Source: Mobula hypostoma (lineage: Eukaryota). Taken from it: 64,000 nucleotides of DNA. Positions 1-11,915 of the stretch are shown here, in pieces (position 1 is the stretch's first letter; each line of letters starts with the position of its first letter). The position numbers and the translations under genes were made by a program. Below the pieces are notes generated by a model. That model saw only the letters and a list, made by a program, of their open reading frames with translations. It searched no databases and was not told where the DNA came from. Where the stretch lies: positions 16,058,001 through 16,122,000 of the forward strand of contig NC_086097.1 of the NCBI RefSeq assembly GCF_963921235.1. The letters are read 5' to 3'.

Positions 1-1435
1 ACGGGAATGGTACCGGAGGATTGGAGGGAGGTGAATATTGTCCCCTTGTTCAAAAAAGGTAGTGGGGAAAGTCTGGGTAATTATAGACCAGTGAGCCTTA
101 TGTTTGTGGTGGGAAAGCTGTTGGAAAAGATTCTTAGAAATAGGATCTATAGGCATTTAGAGAATCATGGTCTGATCAAGGACAGTCAGCATGGCTTTGT
201 GAAGGGCGGATCGTGTCTAACAAGCCTGATAGAGTTCTTTGAGGAGGTGACCAGGCATATAGATGAGGGTAGTGCAATGGATGTGATCTATCTGGATTTT
301 AGTAAGGCATTTGACAAGGTTCTACATGGCAGGCTTATTCAGAAAGTTAGAAGGCATGGGATCCAAGGAAGTTTGGCCAGGTGGATTCAGAATTGGCTTG
401 CCTGCAGAAGGCAGCGGGTGGTGGTGGAGGGAGTACATTCAGATTGGAGGATTGTGACTAGTGGTGTCCCACAAGGATCTGTTCTGGGACCTCTACTTTT
501 CGTGATTTTTATTAACAACCTGGATGTGGGGGTAGAAGGGTGGGTTGGCAAGTTTGCAGGTGACACAAAGGTTGGTGGTGTTGTAGATAGTGTAGAGGAT
601 TGTCAAAGATTGCAGAGAGACATTGATAGGATGCAGAAGTGGGCTGAGAAGTGGCAGATGGAGTTCAATCCGGAGAAGTGTGAGGTGGTACACTTTGGAA
701 GGACAAACTCCAAGGCAGAGTACAAAGTAAATGGCAGGATACTTGGTAGTGTGGAGGAGCAGAGGGATCTCGGGGTACATGTCCACAGATCCCTGAAAGT
801 TGCCTCACAGGTAGATAGGGTAGTTAAGAAAGCTTATGGGGTGTTAGCTTTCATAAGTCGAGGGATAGAGTTTAAGAGTCATGAGGTAATGACGCAGCTC
901 TATAAAACTCTGGTTAGGCCACACTTGGAGTACTGTGTCCAGTTCTGGTCACCTCACTATAGGAAGGATGTGGAAGCATTGGAAAGAGTACAGAGGAGAT
1001 TTACCAGGATGCTGCCTGGTTTAGAAAGTATGCATTATGATCAGAGATTAAGTGAGCTAGGGCTTTACTCTTTGGAGAGAAGGAGGATGAGAGGAGACAT
1101 GATAGAGGTGTACAAGATAATAAGAGGAATAGATAGAGTGGATAGCCAGCGCCTCTTCCCCAGGGCACCACTGCTCAATACAAGAGGAGATGGCTTTAAG
1201 GTAAGGGGTGGGAAGTTCAAGGGGGATATTAGAGGAAGGTTTTTTACTCAGAGAGTGGTTGGTGCGTGGAATGCACTGCCTGAGTCAGTGGTGGAGGCAG
1301 ATACACTAGTGAAGTTTAAGAGACTACTAGACAGGTATCTGGAGGAATTTAAGGTGGGGGCTTATATGGGAGGCAGGGTTTGAGGGTCGGCACAACATTG
1401 TGGGCCAAAGGGCCTGTACTATGTTCTATGTTCTA
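1..1435 (+). mobile_element. CR1 LINE, 3' part of ORF2 (RT domain, ORF 7..1383) plus 3' tail; runs off the window's left edge
   Basis: 458-aa ORF with CR1 RT motifs ([45 protein letters not shown]). Catalytic FADD reads FAGD. Ends in a tatgttc-type repeat tail. Confidence 0.95.
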
Positions 1436-1862
1436 AGATTGGAGCGACTGGGCTTGTATTCACTGGAATTTAGAAGGATGAGAGGGGATCTGATCGAAAC
1501 ATATAAGATTATTAAGGGATTGGACACGCTAGAGGCAGGAAACATGTTCCCGATGTTGGGGGAGTCCAGAACCAGAGGCCACAGTTTAAGAATAAGAGGT
1601 AGGCCATTTAGAACGGAGTGGAGGAAAAACTTTTTCACCCAGAGAATTGTGGATCTGTGGAATGCTCTACCTCAGAAGGCAGTGGAGGCCAATTCTCTGG
1701 ATGCTTTCAAGAAAGAGTTAGATAGAGCTCTTAAAGATAGTGGAGTCAAGGGATATGGAGAGAAGGCAGGAACGAAGTACTGATTGTGGATGATCAGCCA
1801 TGATCACAGTGAATGGCAGTGCTGGCTCGAAGGGCCGAATGGCCTATTGTCTAATGTCTATT
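1436..1862 (+). mobile_element. CR1 LINE 3' fragment (different subfamily), abutting the SUDS3 retrocopy
   Basis: LGLYSLEFRRMRGDLIETYKI...NFFTQR C-terminus, 3'UTR and ctattgtctaatgtctatt tail. Confidence 0.9.
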
Positions 1863-2174
1863 AAAAAGCTCTGCATTTCATATTCTTTCCTTGTATTGTT
1901 GATCTAGTTTCTTCATTCTTTTCTGAAAAGTACTTTCCTGTAAGTGCTGTAGCTGTCTTCTGAGAGATGTCAATTTCTCCTGGTACATCTGCTCTTTTAC
2001 TTCCAGGCAGTCTGCATCATCTTGCCTATTGGCAATATCTGTCTCACTTGCATCCTCTGTAACTTCATCTAAGTCGCGGCCACGGTTACTGTGTTCGTCC
2101 TCATCGTCGACGATGTCTAGCTCCTCCTCGTCATTGTAATAGTCGACAATGGGTGAGAGGAGAGCTGTGGACAT
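1863..2174 (-). pseudogene. SUDS3: Processed (intronless) 5' fragment of SUDS3/SDS3 (SIN3A-HDAC corepressor subunit), fused in frame to a Gypsy protease
   Basis: Reads [103 protein letters not shown]. This matches the recalled vertebrate SUDS3 N-terminus ([56 protein letters not shown]). TGA replaces an Arg codon, and the copy is cut by a CR1. Confidence 0.9.
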
Positions 2175-3495
2175 CTTCCCCACCGAGCTACCTTCCTTTG
2201 CTGACACATCTAGTGCCTTGATGGTGTGCCAATCCAACTGGATTTTCCTGAGCCATTCACGTCCCAGCAACGGTGATCCTCCATTTTTCAGTATATAGAG
2301 GTTCAGCTGCTGTGTTTTATCTCCATAGGTCACTGTCACTTTAATTTTGCCTTTGGGATGCACTTTCAGTCCTGTGTAAGTCTTTAGCAGTAGTTTCATT
2401 CGTTTCAGAGGTATGTGAGAAAACAGTCGTTTGTAGTCGTGTACAGAGATCACTTTTAAAGCTGAGCCTGTGTCCAAATCCATTTTCAGTCTCATGCCTG
2501 CCACTTGTGGAATGATCTTTATTACTCTGCGATCATCTGTCTCTTTCACACTGTGAAGTTGCAGACAAGACAATTCACTTTTGTCTGAGTCGTTTTCATC
2601 AGAACTGCTTTCCCTCATTTTGTGTACATTGTTGTATTTTCCTTTCTGGGGTTTCTTGTTTCTATGTATTTTGTCCTTTTCCTGCAGTTTACTAGCTTTG
2701 CATACTCTGCCAGTGTGGCCCTGTTTGCCACAGTTTCTGCATTCTTTGTCTTTAAACCAACAGTCATCAGGGTCACGTGACATGTTCCCACAACGGTAAC
2801 ATTGTTTAATAGCTTTGCATACTCTGCCAATGTGGCCCTGTTTGCTAGTTTCTGCATTCTTTGTCTTTAAACCAACAGTCATTAGGGTCATGTGACATGT
2901 TCCCACAACAGTAACATTTCTTTCCTTCATTTCTGTTCAGTGACATTTTATTCGTACCATATTCCAGAGATTTTTGTTGTATCTCTGAAGCATCCCGTTC
3001 TGCTATTTCCGTTGATATCGCAATATTCAGTGCCTTCTCTAATGTAAGGTCTTTTTCACCCAGGAACTTCTTCTGTGTGGTTTCACAGTGCATGCCACAC
3101 AGTAATTTGTCCCTCAATGCGTCCGATAGACCAGCTCCAAATTGACGATGTTCTGACAAGTTGCACAATTCAGCGCAATATTCAGAAGGGCTTTCATTTT
3201 TGCTCTGATTCCAATTGTGAAATTTAAATCTTTCAGCAATGACAAGTGGTTTGGGGTTTAAATGCTGTTGGAGAGGGTCTACTATTTGCTTGAACGTTTT
3301 GTCAGCTGGCTTTTCAGGGTTTAACAAGCTCCGTAGCAGGATGTATGTTTTTGCTCCCATAATACTGAGTAAGACGTTGGCTTTCTTTTCATCCTTAACA
3401 CCGTTAGCCTCACAATATAACTCCACTCTTTCAATATAAGTTGCCCAATCTTCGATGCCACTATCAAATGCTGTAATGGTTCCAATCATCGCCAT
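2175..3495 (-). mobile_element. Gypsy/Ty3 LTR retrotransposon gag (four CCHC-type knuckles, one frameshift) and aspartic protease
   Basis: Gag MAMIGTITAFD..WATYIERV..PKPLVIAERFKF..ALRDKLLCG; knuckles such as [14 protein letters not shown]; protease LDTGSA...LLGREWL. ORFs 2845..3570 and 1878..2930 are joined by a 2-nt deletion near 2845. Confidence 0.92.
2694..2918 (-). repeat. Tandem duplication (~117-bp unit) of the two-zinc-knuckle module of gag
   Basis: ctttgcatactctgcca(g/a)tgtggccctgtttgc...gacatgttcccacaac(g/a)gtaacatt occurs twice in tandem. Confidence 0.9.
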
Positions 3496-3870
3496 CTTTG
3501 TTATGTTAATTAAGCCCTGTTCTCTCCTTATTTTCCTTTTTGACTCACGTGTCCTTTTTGTTAGCACCACAAGTGCACTCTGTCTAGATGTGTGTGTGTG
3601 TGTCGCTCCTTTTTATCTCCCTTCTGGGGCAGGCAGACTCTCAGTCCCCGGGAGTAAGCACTGGCTGTGGTCTCGGCTGGACGTGCTGTGGCTCCAACTG
3701 TGTCTCTTGGTTTCCCGACGTTCCTGACCCCGGCTGTGCTCCCACTTCCTTTCAGACTCGTGGCCTCGCTCTGCCTCCTTCTCCTGCTCCTTGGTTCATT
3801 CCTTGCGCTCTTCCTCCGAGTGTTGTTATCGACTAAAACCTGGAGTTCTGATAAGATGTAGGTTCATTAA

Positions 3871-3881
3871 CCTCGTCGTCA
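3871..3881 (-). promoter_or_regulatory. Putative primer-binding site of the Gypsy element
   Basis: Minus strand reads ...CAACA-aat-TGACGACGAGG, one mismatch from the TGGCGACGAGG PBS common in fish Gypsy elements, directly after a CA LTR end. Confidence 0.7.
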
Positions 3882-3884
3882 ATT

Positions 3885-4082
3885 TGTTGCGTATGTGGCC
3901 TGGTTACACAACAATGCTATTAATAAAAATGCTGGAGATGGGATCTAAGTTTCATGGTTCTATACTGGCATAATCCGAACTCAGCACATGTGTACAGATC
4001 AATACACGCCTAATAGCACATGCGATGGCATGTTACTGAAACATAAAGTAGTCCCTTATTATAATGTAGGCTACACCGTACA
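3885..4082 (-). mobile_element. Putative 5' LTR of the Gypsy element
   Basis: On the minus strand it starts TGTA and ends CAACA just upstream of the PBS. No second LTR is in the window, so the outer boundary is uncertain. Confidence 0.5.
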
Positions 4083-4089
4083 GTTGGAA

Positions 4090-4610
4090 TTTAGAATCTA
4101 TTTAAATCTTTCATCCATTCCACAATGTGAGGGAGTAAAAATCTTTGTGTAATGACTCCATTGCAATGTACAGACATGTGACTTTAAAAGTCTAATGGCT
4201 TGAAGGAAGAAGCTGTCCTGTTGGTCCTGACTTTAATGCTGCGGTAGCATTTGCCAGACAGGAACAGCTGAAATAGTTTATGGTTGGGGTGACTGGTGTC
4301 ACCAATGATCTTCCAGCCCTTCTTTCTGCACCTGCTGCTATAAATGACCTCAGTGAAGGGAAGTTCACATCTACAGATGCACTGGGCTGTCCGTACCACT
4401 CTCTGCAGTCCCCAGCGGTCAAGGTTAGTGTAGTTTCCATACTAGGTGGTGATACAGTCAGTATGTTCTCAATGGTGCACCTGTAGAAGGTCTTGAGGAT
4501 TTGGGGGCCCATGCTGAACTTCTTCAGTCGACTGAGGTGCAAGAGACACTGTTGTGCTATTTTTGCCACAAAGGCAGTGTGCACAGTCCAGCTAAGATCA
4601 TTGGTGATGT
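4090..4610 (-). mobile_element. Rex1/Babar-like LINE 3' fragment, decayed
   Basis: AQQCLLHLSRLKKF..FYRCTIENILT and HPNHKLFQLFLSGKCYRSIK motifs. Confidence 0.8.
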
Positions 4611-4614
4611 GTAT

Positions 4615-5860
4615 ACTATTGATATTCTTTGAGGAGATTACAAGTAGGGTAGATAAAGGGGATGCAGTGGATATTGTATATTTGGGCTTTCAGAAGTCCT
4701 TTGATAAGATGCCACACATGAGACTGCTTAACAAGTTAAGAGCCCAAAGTATTACAGGAAAGTTAATAGCATGGTTAGAACATTGGCTGATAGGTGCAGT
4801 GAGTAGGAACAAAAGGATTCTTTTCTGATTCGCTGCCAGCGATAAATGGTGTTCCACAGGGATCGATGTTGGGACCACTTATTTTTATGCTGTATTTCGA
4901 TAATTTAGATGATGGAATAGATGGCTTTGTTGCCAGGTTTACAGATGACACGAAGGTTGGTGGAGGGGCAGGTAGCGTTGAGGAAACAAGTAGGCGGCAG
5001 AAGGACTTAGACAGATTAGGAGAGAATGGGCAAGAATCTGGCAAATGAAATACAATGTTGGAAAATGTATGCTCATGCACTTTTTTAAGAGGAAATAAAT
5101 GTGCAGACTATTTTCTAAATGGGGAGAAAATCAAATAATCTGAGATGCAAAGGGACTTAGGAATCCTTGAGCAGAACACCCTAAACATTAGTTTGCAGGA
5201 AGAGTTGGTGGTGAGGAAGGCAAATGCAACGTTATCATTTATTTCAAAAGGTCTATAAGAGCAGGGATATGATGCTGAGGTTTTATAAGGCACTGATGAG
5301 GCCTCACCTTGAGTATTGTGAACAGTTCTCATCTCCAGATGCACTGGCATTGGAGCGGTTTCAGAGGAAGTTCACAAGGATTATTCTGGGAATGAAGGAA
5401 TTATTATAGGAGGAACATTTGATAGCTCTGGGCTTGCACTCACTGGAATTTAGAAGGATGGGGGGATTTCATTGAAACCTTTTGAATATTGAAAGGCTGA
5501 GATAGACTAGATATGCAAAGGATGTTTCCCATGGTGGGGAAGTCTAGGACAAGAGGACACAGCCTTGGGATAGAGGGATGTCCATTTAAAACAGAGGTGG
5601 AGAGAAATTTCTTCAGATGGAGAATGGTAAATTTATGGAATTTGTTACTACAGGCAGATGTGGAGGCCAGGTTGTTCGGTGTATTTAAGGCAGAGATTGA
5701 CAGGTTCTTGATTGGACACGGCATCAAAGGTTGCAGGGAGAAGGCTGGGGAGAGGGGCTGAGGGGTGGAAAAAAAGGATAAGCTGTGATTGAAGGGCAGA
5801 GCAGACTTGATGGGCCAAATACCCTAATTCTGATCCTATGTCTTATGTCTTATGGTCTTA
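4615..5860 (+). mobile_element. Decayed CR1 LINE (RT to 3' end)
   Basis: Fragmented RT ORFs (FFEEITSRVDKG, FTDDTKVGG, RPHLEYCEQF); cttatgtcttatggtctta tail. Confidence 0.9.
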
Positions 5861-5864
5861 AAGA

Positions 5865-8800
5865 TCCTACAGGTACGTTAACAGCAAAAGGATTGTCAGC
5901 GACAAAATTGGTCCTTTGGAAGACCAGAATGATAATGTATGTGTGGAGTCAAAACAGATTGGTAAGATCTCAAATGCATTCTTTGCATCTATTTACTCGG
6001 CAGATTGATACCGAGTCTATAGCAGTGAGGCAAAGCGGCATTAACTTCATGGACCCTGGACAGACTACAGAAGAGGAGGCCTTTTCTATCCTAAGGCACA
6101 TCAGGGTGGATAAATCCCCAGGGCCTTACAAGGTGTTCCCTCAGACATTACAGGAGGCAAGTGCAGAAATTGTTGGGACCCTAGAAGAGATATTTAAAGC
6201 ATCCTTAGCAACAGGAGAGGTACTGGAGGATAGCTAATATTGTTCTGCTGTTTAAAAAAGGCAAAAACTAGGAAATATTTGGCTTGTGAGTCTGACATCA
6301 GTTGTGGGAAAGTTATTGGAAGGTATTCTAATGGACCAGATCTATATGTATTTGGATAAACATGGACTGGTTAAGGATAGTCAACAAGGCTTTGTGCATG
6401 TTCTGTCATGTCTAACCAATCTTACCAAGTTTTTTGAGGAAGTTACCCGGAAAGTAGATGAAGGCAAGGTAGTGGATGTTATCTACATGGACTTCAGGAA
6501 GACATTTGACAACTTCCTGCATGGGAGGTTGGTCAAGAAGGTTTGGTCACTCGACATTCAAGATGAGGTAGCAAATTGGATGAGACATTGACTTTGTGGG
6601 AGAAACCAGAGAGTGGCAGTAGATGGTTGCCTCTCTGGGTAGAGGCCTGTGACTAGTGGTGTGCCACAGGGATTGGTGCTAGGTACTTTGTTATCTGTAT
6701 ATCAATGATCTCAATCATAACATGGTTTAGCACTTTGTGGATGACACCAAGATTGGGGTGTAGTGGACAGCAAGGAAGAATATCATGGCTTGCGAGGGAT
6801 CTAAAATCAGCTGGGAAAATGGGCTAAAAAATGTCAGATGGAATTTAATGTAGACAAGTGCAAGGTTTTACACTTCAGTAGGACCAACCAGGATAGGTCT
6901 TTCACAGTGAACAGTAGGGAATTGAGGGGTGTGGTAGAACAAAGGGATCTGGTACATAATTTGTTGAAAGTGGTGTCGCAGGTAGTTTGGGTCATAAAGA
7001 AAACTTTTGGCACATTGGCCTTCCTAAATCAAAGTATTGAGTACAGGTGATGGGTTGTTATGTTGAAGAAGTATATGATGTTGGTGGGGCCTAATTTGGA
7101 GTATTGTGTGCAGTTTTGGTCACTTACTGACAGGAAAGATGTAAACAAGGTTGAAAGGGTACAGAGAAAGTTTACAAGTACTGTACATTACTGTGGGACC
7201 CTAGTTATAAGGAAAGATTGTATGGGTTAGGACTGTATTCCTTCGACCATCAAAGGTTCAGTGGAAATTTGATAGAGGTGTATAAAATTAGGAGGGGTAC
7301 AGATCGAGTCAATGCAAGTAGGCTATTTCCACTGAGGCTGGGTGGGACTACAAGCAGAGGTCACGGGTTGTACTTTATACTTTATTGTCGCCAAACAATT
7401 GATACAAGAACGTACAATCATCACAGCAATATTTGATTCTGCACTTCCCACTCCCTGCATTACAAATAGTAAATATTAAAAATAGTAAAAATGAGTAAAT
7501 ATTAAAAATTTAAATTATAAATCATAAATAGAAAATAGAAAAATGGAAAGAAAGGTAGTGTAAAAAAAACCGAGAGGCAAGTCCGGATATTTGGAGGGTA
7601 CGGACCAGATCCGGGTCAGGATCCACTCAGCAGTCTTATCACAGTTGGAAAGAAGCTGTTCCCAAATCTGGCCGTACGAGTCTTCAACCTCCTGAGCCTT
7701 CTCCCAGAGGGAAGAGGGGCGAAAAGTGTGTTGGCTGGGTGGGTCGTGTCCTTGATTATCCTGGCAGCACTGCTCCGACAGCATGTGGTGTAAAGTGAGT
7801 CCAAGGACAGAAGATTGGTTTGTGTGATGTGCTGTGCTGTGTTCACGATCTTCTGCAGCCTCTTTCGGTCTTGGACAGGACAACTTCCATACCAGGTTGT
7901 GATGCACCCTAGAAGAATGCTTTTTATGGTGCATCTATAAAAATTAGTGAAGGTTTTAGGAGACAGGCCAAATTTCTTTAGTTTTCTCAGGAAGTAAAGG
8001 CACTGGTGGGCCTTCTTGGCAGTGGACTCTGCTTGGTTGGTCCAAGTCTGGTCATTTGTGATATTGACCCTGAGGAACTTAAAGCTTTTGACCTATTCCA
8101 CTTGCGCACCACCGATGTAAATTGGGTCGTGTGGTCCGCTACTCCTTCTGAAGTCAGCAACCAATTCCTTCATCTTGCTGACGTTGAGGGATAGGTTATT
8201 GTCTTCACACCATGCCACCAGGTTCTTAATTTCCTCTCTGTACTCAAACTCATCATTACCCGAGATACGGCCTACAATTGTTGTGTCATCAGCAAACTTA
8301 TATATTGAGTTTGATGGAAACTTGGCTACACAATCATGGGTGTACAGTGAGTACAGCAGGGGGCTGAGTACACAGCCTTGTGGGGCACCGGTGCTCAGAG
8401 TGATTGTAGAGGAGAGCTTGTCCCCTATTTTTACAGCCTGGGTCCTCTCTGTGAGGAAGTTGAAGATCCAGCTGCAGGTCTGAGTGCTAAGACCCAGGTT
8501 CCGGAGCTTAGCAATCAGCTTATTTGGAATGATGGTATTAAAGGCAGAGCTGTAGTCAATGAAAAGGAGCCTTACGTATGCGTCTTTATTCTCCAGGCGT
8601 TCTAAGGAGGAATGTAGGGCCAGAGAGATGGCATCTGCCATTGACCTGTTGCTCCGGTAGGTGAATTGCAAAGCGTCGAGGTTGACCGGTAGGCTGTGGA
8701 TGATGTGTGCCATAACCAATCTCTCAAAGCACTTCATAGCAATTGATGTCAGAGCCACAGGTCGATAGTCATTCAGGCATGCCACCTTGCTCTTCTTTGG

Positions 8801-9940
8801 CACTGGGATTATTGTTGCCTTCTTAAAACACGAGGGGATCTTAGACTCAAGCAAGGAGCAGTTGAAGATGTCAGCAAACACTCCAGCTAGCTTGCTTGCA
8901 CAGGCCCGGAGAACCTGTCCTGGGACGCCATCTGGGCCCGTCGCCTTCCTTGGATTTATCTTCAGGAAGGCCCTTCTAACATCCTCCTTGGTGACGATGA
9001 ATCTCGATGCCACCAGGTAGGGTTCATCCGGAGGGAGCGGGACGCTCCTCTTCTGTTCGAATCTTGCATAGAATACGTTAAGTTCGTCAGGAAGAGTAGC
9101 GCCACAGTTATTGATATTCCCAGCCTTTTCTTTGCGTCCAGTGATCTCATTTAGACACTGCCATAGTCTACTGGCATCCCTCTGGTTAGCTTGGGCTTCC
9201 AACTTGGCTCGATATTGCCTCTTGGCGCTCTTAATGGCTTTCCGGAGTTCATGCCTGGATTCCGTGTAGCGACTGGTATCCCTGGACCTAAAAGCCGCAG
9301 CTCTAGCCTTTAAAAGGGACTTGAACTCATAATTCATCCAAAGTTTCCGGTTAGGGAATACCCGGATTGTCTTGCGAGACACACAGTCCTCCGTGCATTT
9401 CCAAATAAAGTCCATGACAGCCGAGGCATACTCATCAAGGTTAGCTGCCGAGTCCTTGAATACTAACCAGTCCACCGATTCAAAGCAGTCACGGAGGACC
9501 TCATCCATTTCCTCCAGCCCCTCCATCCAACGCAACACTACTTTTGACACCGTGACCTCCCGCTTCAGTTTCTGTTTGTAAGCCAGGAGGGGGAGTACTG
9601 CCTGATGGTCCGATTTTCCGAAGTGAGGTCGTGGGACGGAACGGTAGGCATCCTTGACTGCTGTTAGGATGAAAGGTGAAAAGTTTAAGAGGAACATAAG
9701 TGGGAACTTCTTCCCTCAGAAGGTCGTGAGAATGTGGAATGAGCTGCCAGAAGAGGTGGTGCATGCAAGCTTGATTTGAATGATTAAGAGAAGTTTCGAT
9801 AGGTACATGGATGGTAATGGTATGGAGCGCTATGGTCCTGGTGCAGTTCATTGGGAATAGACAGATTACATGGTTTCGGCATGGACTAGATGGGCAAAAG
9901 GACCTGTTTCTGTGCTGTACTTTTCAATGACTCAATGAGA
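5865..9940 (+). mobile_element. Decayed CR1 LINE split by a Rex1/Babar insertion (CR1 parts ~5865-7370 and ~9663-9940)
   Basis: CR1 RT fragments; the sequence ggtcacgggtt resumes as gttaggatgaaaggtgaaaagttt after the insert. Confidence 0.85.
7371..9662 (-). mobile_element. Rex1/Babar-clade LINE, 5'-truncated, well preserved (ORF 8093..9697, end of endonuclease plus RT)
   Basis: PHFGKSDH, KATIIPVPKK, NDYRPVALTSIAMKCFERLV, GAPQGCVLSPLLYSLYT, KFADD; 3' tail with aataaa and taaagta repeats. Confidence 0.93.
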
Positions 9941-9944
9941 CTCT

Positions 9945-11915
9945 GTGGATATGATAGAGACACTCAGATGGTATGTTGCCTACCTGATGCCAGGGTCAGG
10001 GATATCTTGTTTGAGTCCATGGCATTCTAAAGGAGGAGTGTGAGCAGTCACAAGTCTTGGTACATATTGGTACCAATGACATAGGGAGGTAAGGTAAGGA
10101 GGTCCTGAAGAGAGATTTTAGGGAGTTAAGTAGAAAACCGAAAAACACGATCTCCTGGGTAGCATTCTCTGGATGCTGCCTGTGCCATGCACCAGTAAGT
10201 GTAAGAATAGGATGATTTCACAGATGCATGCATGGCTGAGGGACTGGTGTGGGGACAGAGGTTCAAATTAATGTATCATTGGAATCTCTTCTGACAAAGG
10301 TACGACATGAACAAAAGGGGCAGGTTGCACCTGAACCGAGGTGGAACCAATATCTTTGCAGGCAGGTTTAAACATTGGGAGTGTTTCAACTATTGATAGG
10401 GCTGAGGATGAGGTAGTTGGTTTACAAATAGAGGCAATGTGTAATGAGACTCATCGCAAGGAGAGACTAATGATGAGGCAAAATTGCAGTCAATGGGATA
10501 AGTTGCAATGTAAAAGAGGGCCAAAATCGAAAAATGTAATGAAAACAGAACTGAAAGTGTTATATGTGAATGCATGCTGGATATGGAATAACGTTGATGA
10601 TAGTGTAGCACAGTTAGAGATTTGCATGTATAACATTATGAGCATCACTGAGTCATGGCTGAAAGAACATTATAGCTGGGAGCTGAACATCCAAGGATAC
10701 AGATTGCATTGAAAGGACAGGCAGGCACACAGAGAGAGTGGGGTGGTTCTATTGGTTAAAAAAATGGAATCAAACCCACAAATAAAAGGTGGCGTAGGAT
10801 CAAAAGGTGTAGAATCCTTGTGGGTAGAGCTAAGAAACTGCAAGAGTAAAAAAACCTGTATGAGAGTTATATACAGGTCCCCAAACAGTGGTAAAGATTT
10901 GGTCTACAAATTACAATGGGAGATAGAAAATGCAAGTAAAATGAGCAATGTTACAGTCATCATGGGGGATTTCAACATTAGATTAGATTATGAGAACTCT
11001 CAGTCCTCTTTTATTGTCATTTAGAAATGCATACATGCATTAAGAAATGATACAATATTTCTCCAGAGTGATATCACAGAAAACAGGACAAACCAAAGAC
11101 TAACACTGACAGAACCACATTATTATAACATATAGTTACAGCAGTGTAAAACAATACCATAATTTGATGAAGAACAAACCATGCGCACAGTAAAAAAAGT
11201 CTCAAAGTCCCCGAGTCCATCGACTCCTGAGTCCCCGATAGCAGGCGACAAAAGGGAGAAACTCCCTGCCATAAACCTCCAGGCACCGTCAACTTGCCGA
11301 TGCCTTGGAAGCAGCCGACCACAGCCGACACTGAGTCCATCCGTCCAAAAACTTCGAGCCTCCAACCAGCCCCTCTGATACAGTCTCCGGAGCGCCATCC
11401 TCTGCCGGATGCCTTGGACCTAGCCCCGGCCGCTGAAACAAGCAAAGCCAAGGATTCGGGTCTTCTGCTCCGCAGATTCCGGTTATCACACAGTAGCAGC
11501 GGCAGCGAAGCGGGCATTTCAAAAGTTTTCCAGATGTTCCTCTGTACTCTCACATCCATCTCCATCAAATCAGAATTGTGCACGGTCCCCTACTTGACAG
11601 ATTACAGATATCATTCACCAGAGAGGCCGTGCGTGCTGCCGTCGCACCGCCATCTTCTCCTCCTCTCCTATGTAGGTAGATTGCGAAAATCAGTTTGGTG
11701 ATGGATCCGAAGAGGGGTAAGTTGTAGATCCCACTAGAGGATCAGCTATTCTGGAGTATGTGCTGTGCAATGAACTGGAGTTATTAGAGAGCTTAAGGTA
11801 AAGGAACCCTTAGCCAGTGTTCATTATATGATACAATTCAACTGCAATTTGAGAGAGAGAAGATAAAGTCAGATGTACAATGGAGTAAAGGGAATTACAG
11901 AGGCATAAGAGAGGA
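9945..11915 (+). mobile_element. Decayed CR1 5' region (end of ORF1 esterase and ORF2 endonuclease), interrupted at 10977-11668
   Basis: HIGTND-like esterase sequence, then LKVLYVNA, ITESWL, LWVELRN, IYRSPN, IMGDFN. Confidence 0.85.
10977..11668 (-). mobile_element. ~690-bp non-coding, non-autonomous retroelement (SINE-like) inserted in CR1
   Basis: GC-rich 5' end containing AAGATGGCG, aataaa and a (ctaat)n tail. It cleanly splits the CR1 endonuclease sequence at ggggatttcaac / atgtaggtagattg. Confidence 0.7.

Noticed and set aside
1863..2174. BRMS1/BRMS1L as an alternative identity
   Set aside because: TEDASETD and KEQMYQ.KL..L.RQLQ.LQE...[19 protein letters not shown] fit SUDS3 specifically, by recalled sequence.
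1878..2930. 350-aa ORF as a functional host gene or the true SUDS3 locus
   Set aside because: Its N-terminus arises from a frameshift in gag. The SUDS3 part is intronless, has a premature stop and is truncated by a CR1.
11074..11701. Several overlapping 65-169 aa ORFs
   Set aside because: They are by-products of a GC-rich non-coding repeat, with no recognisable domain.
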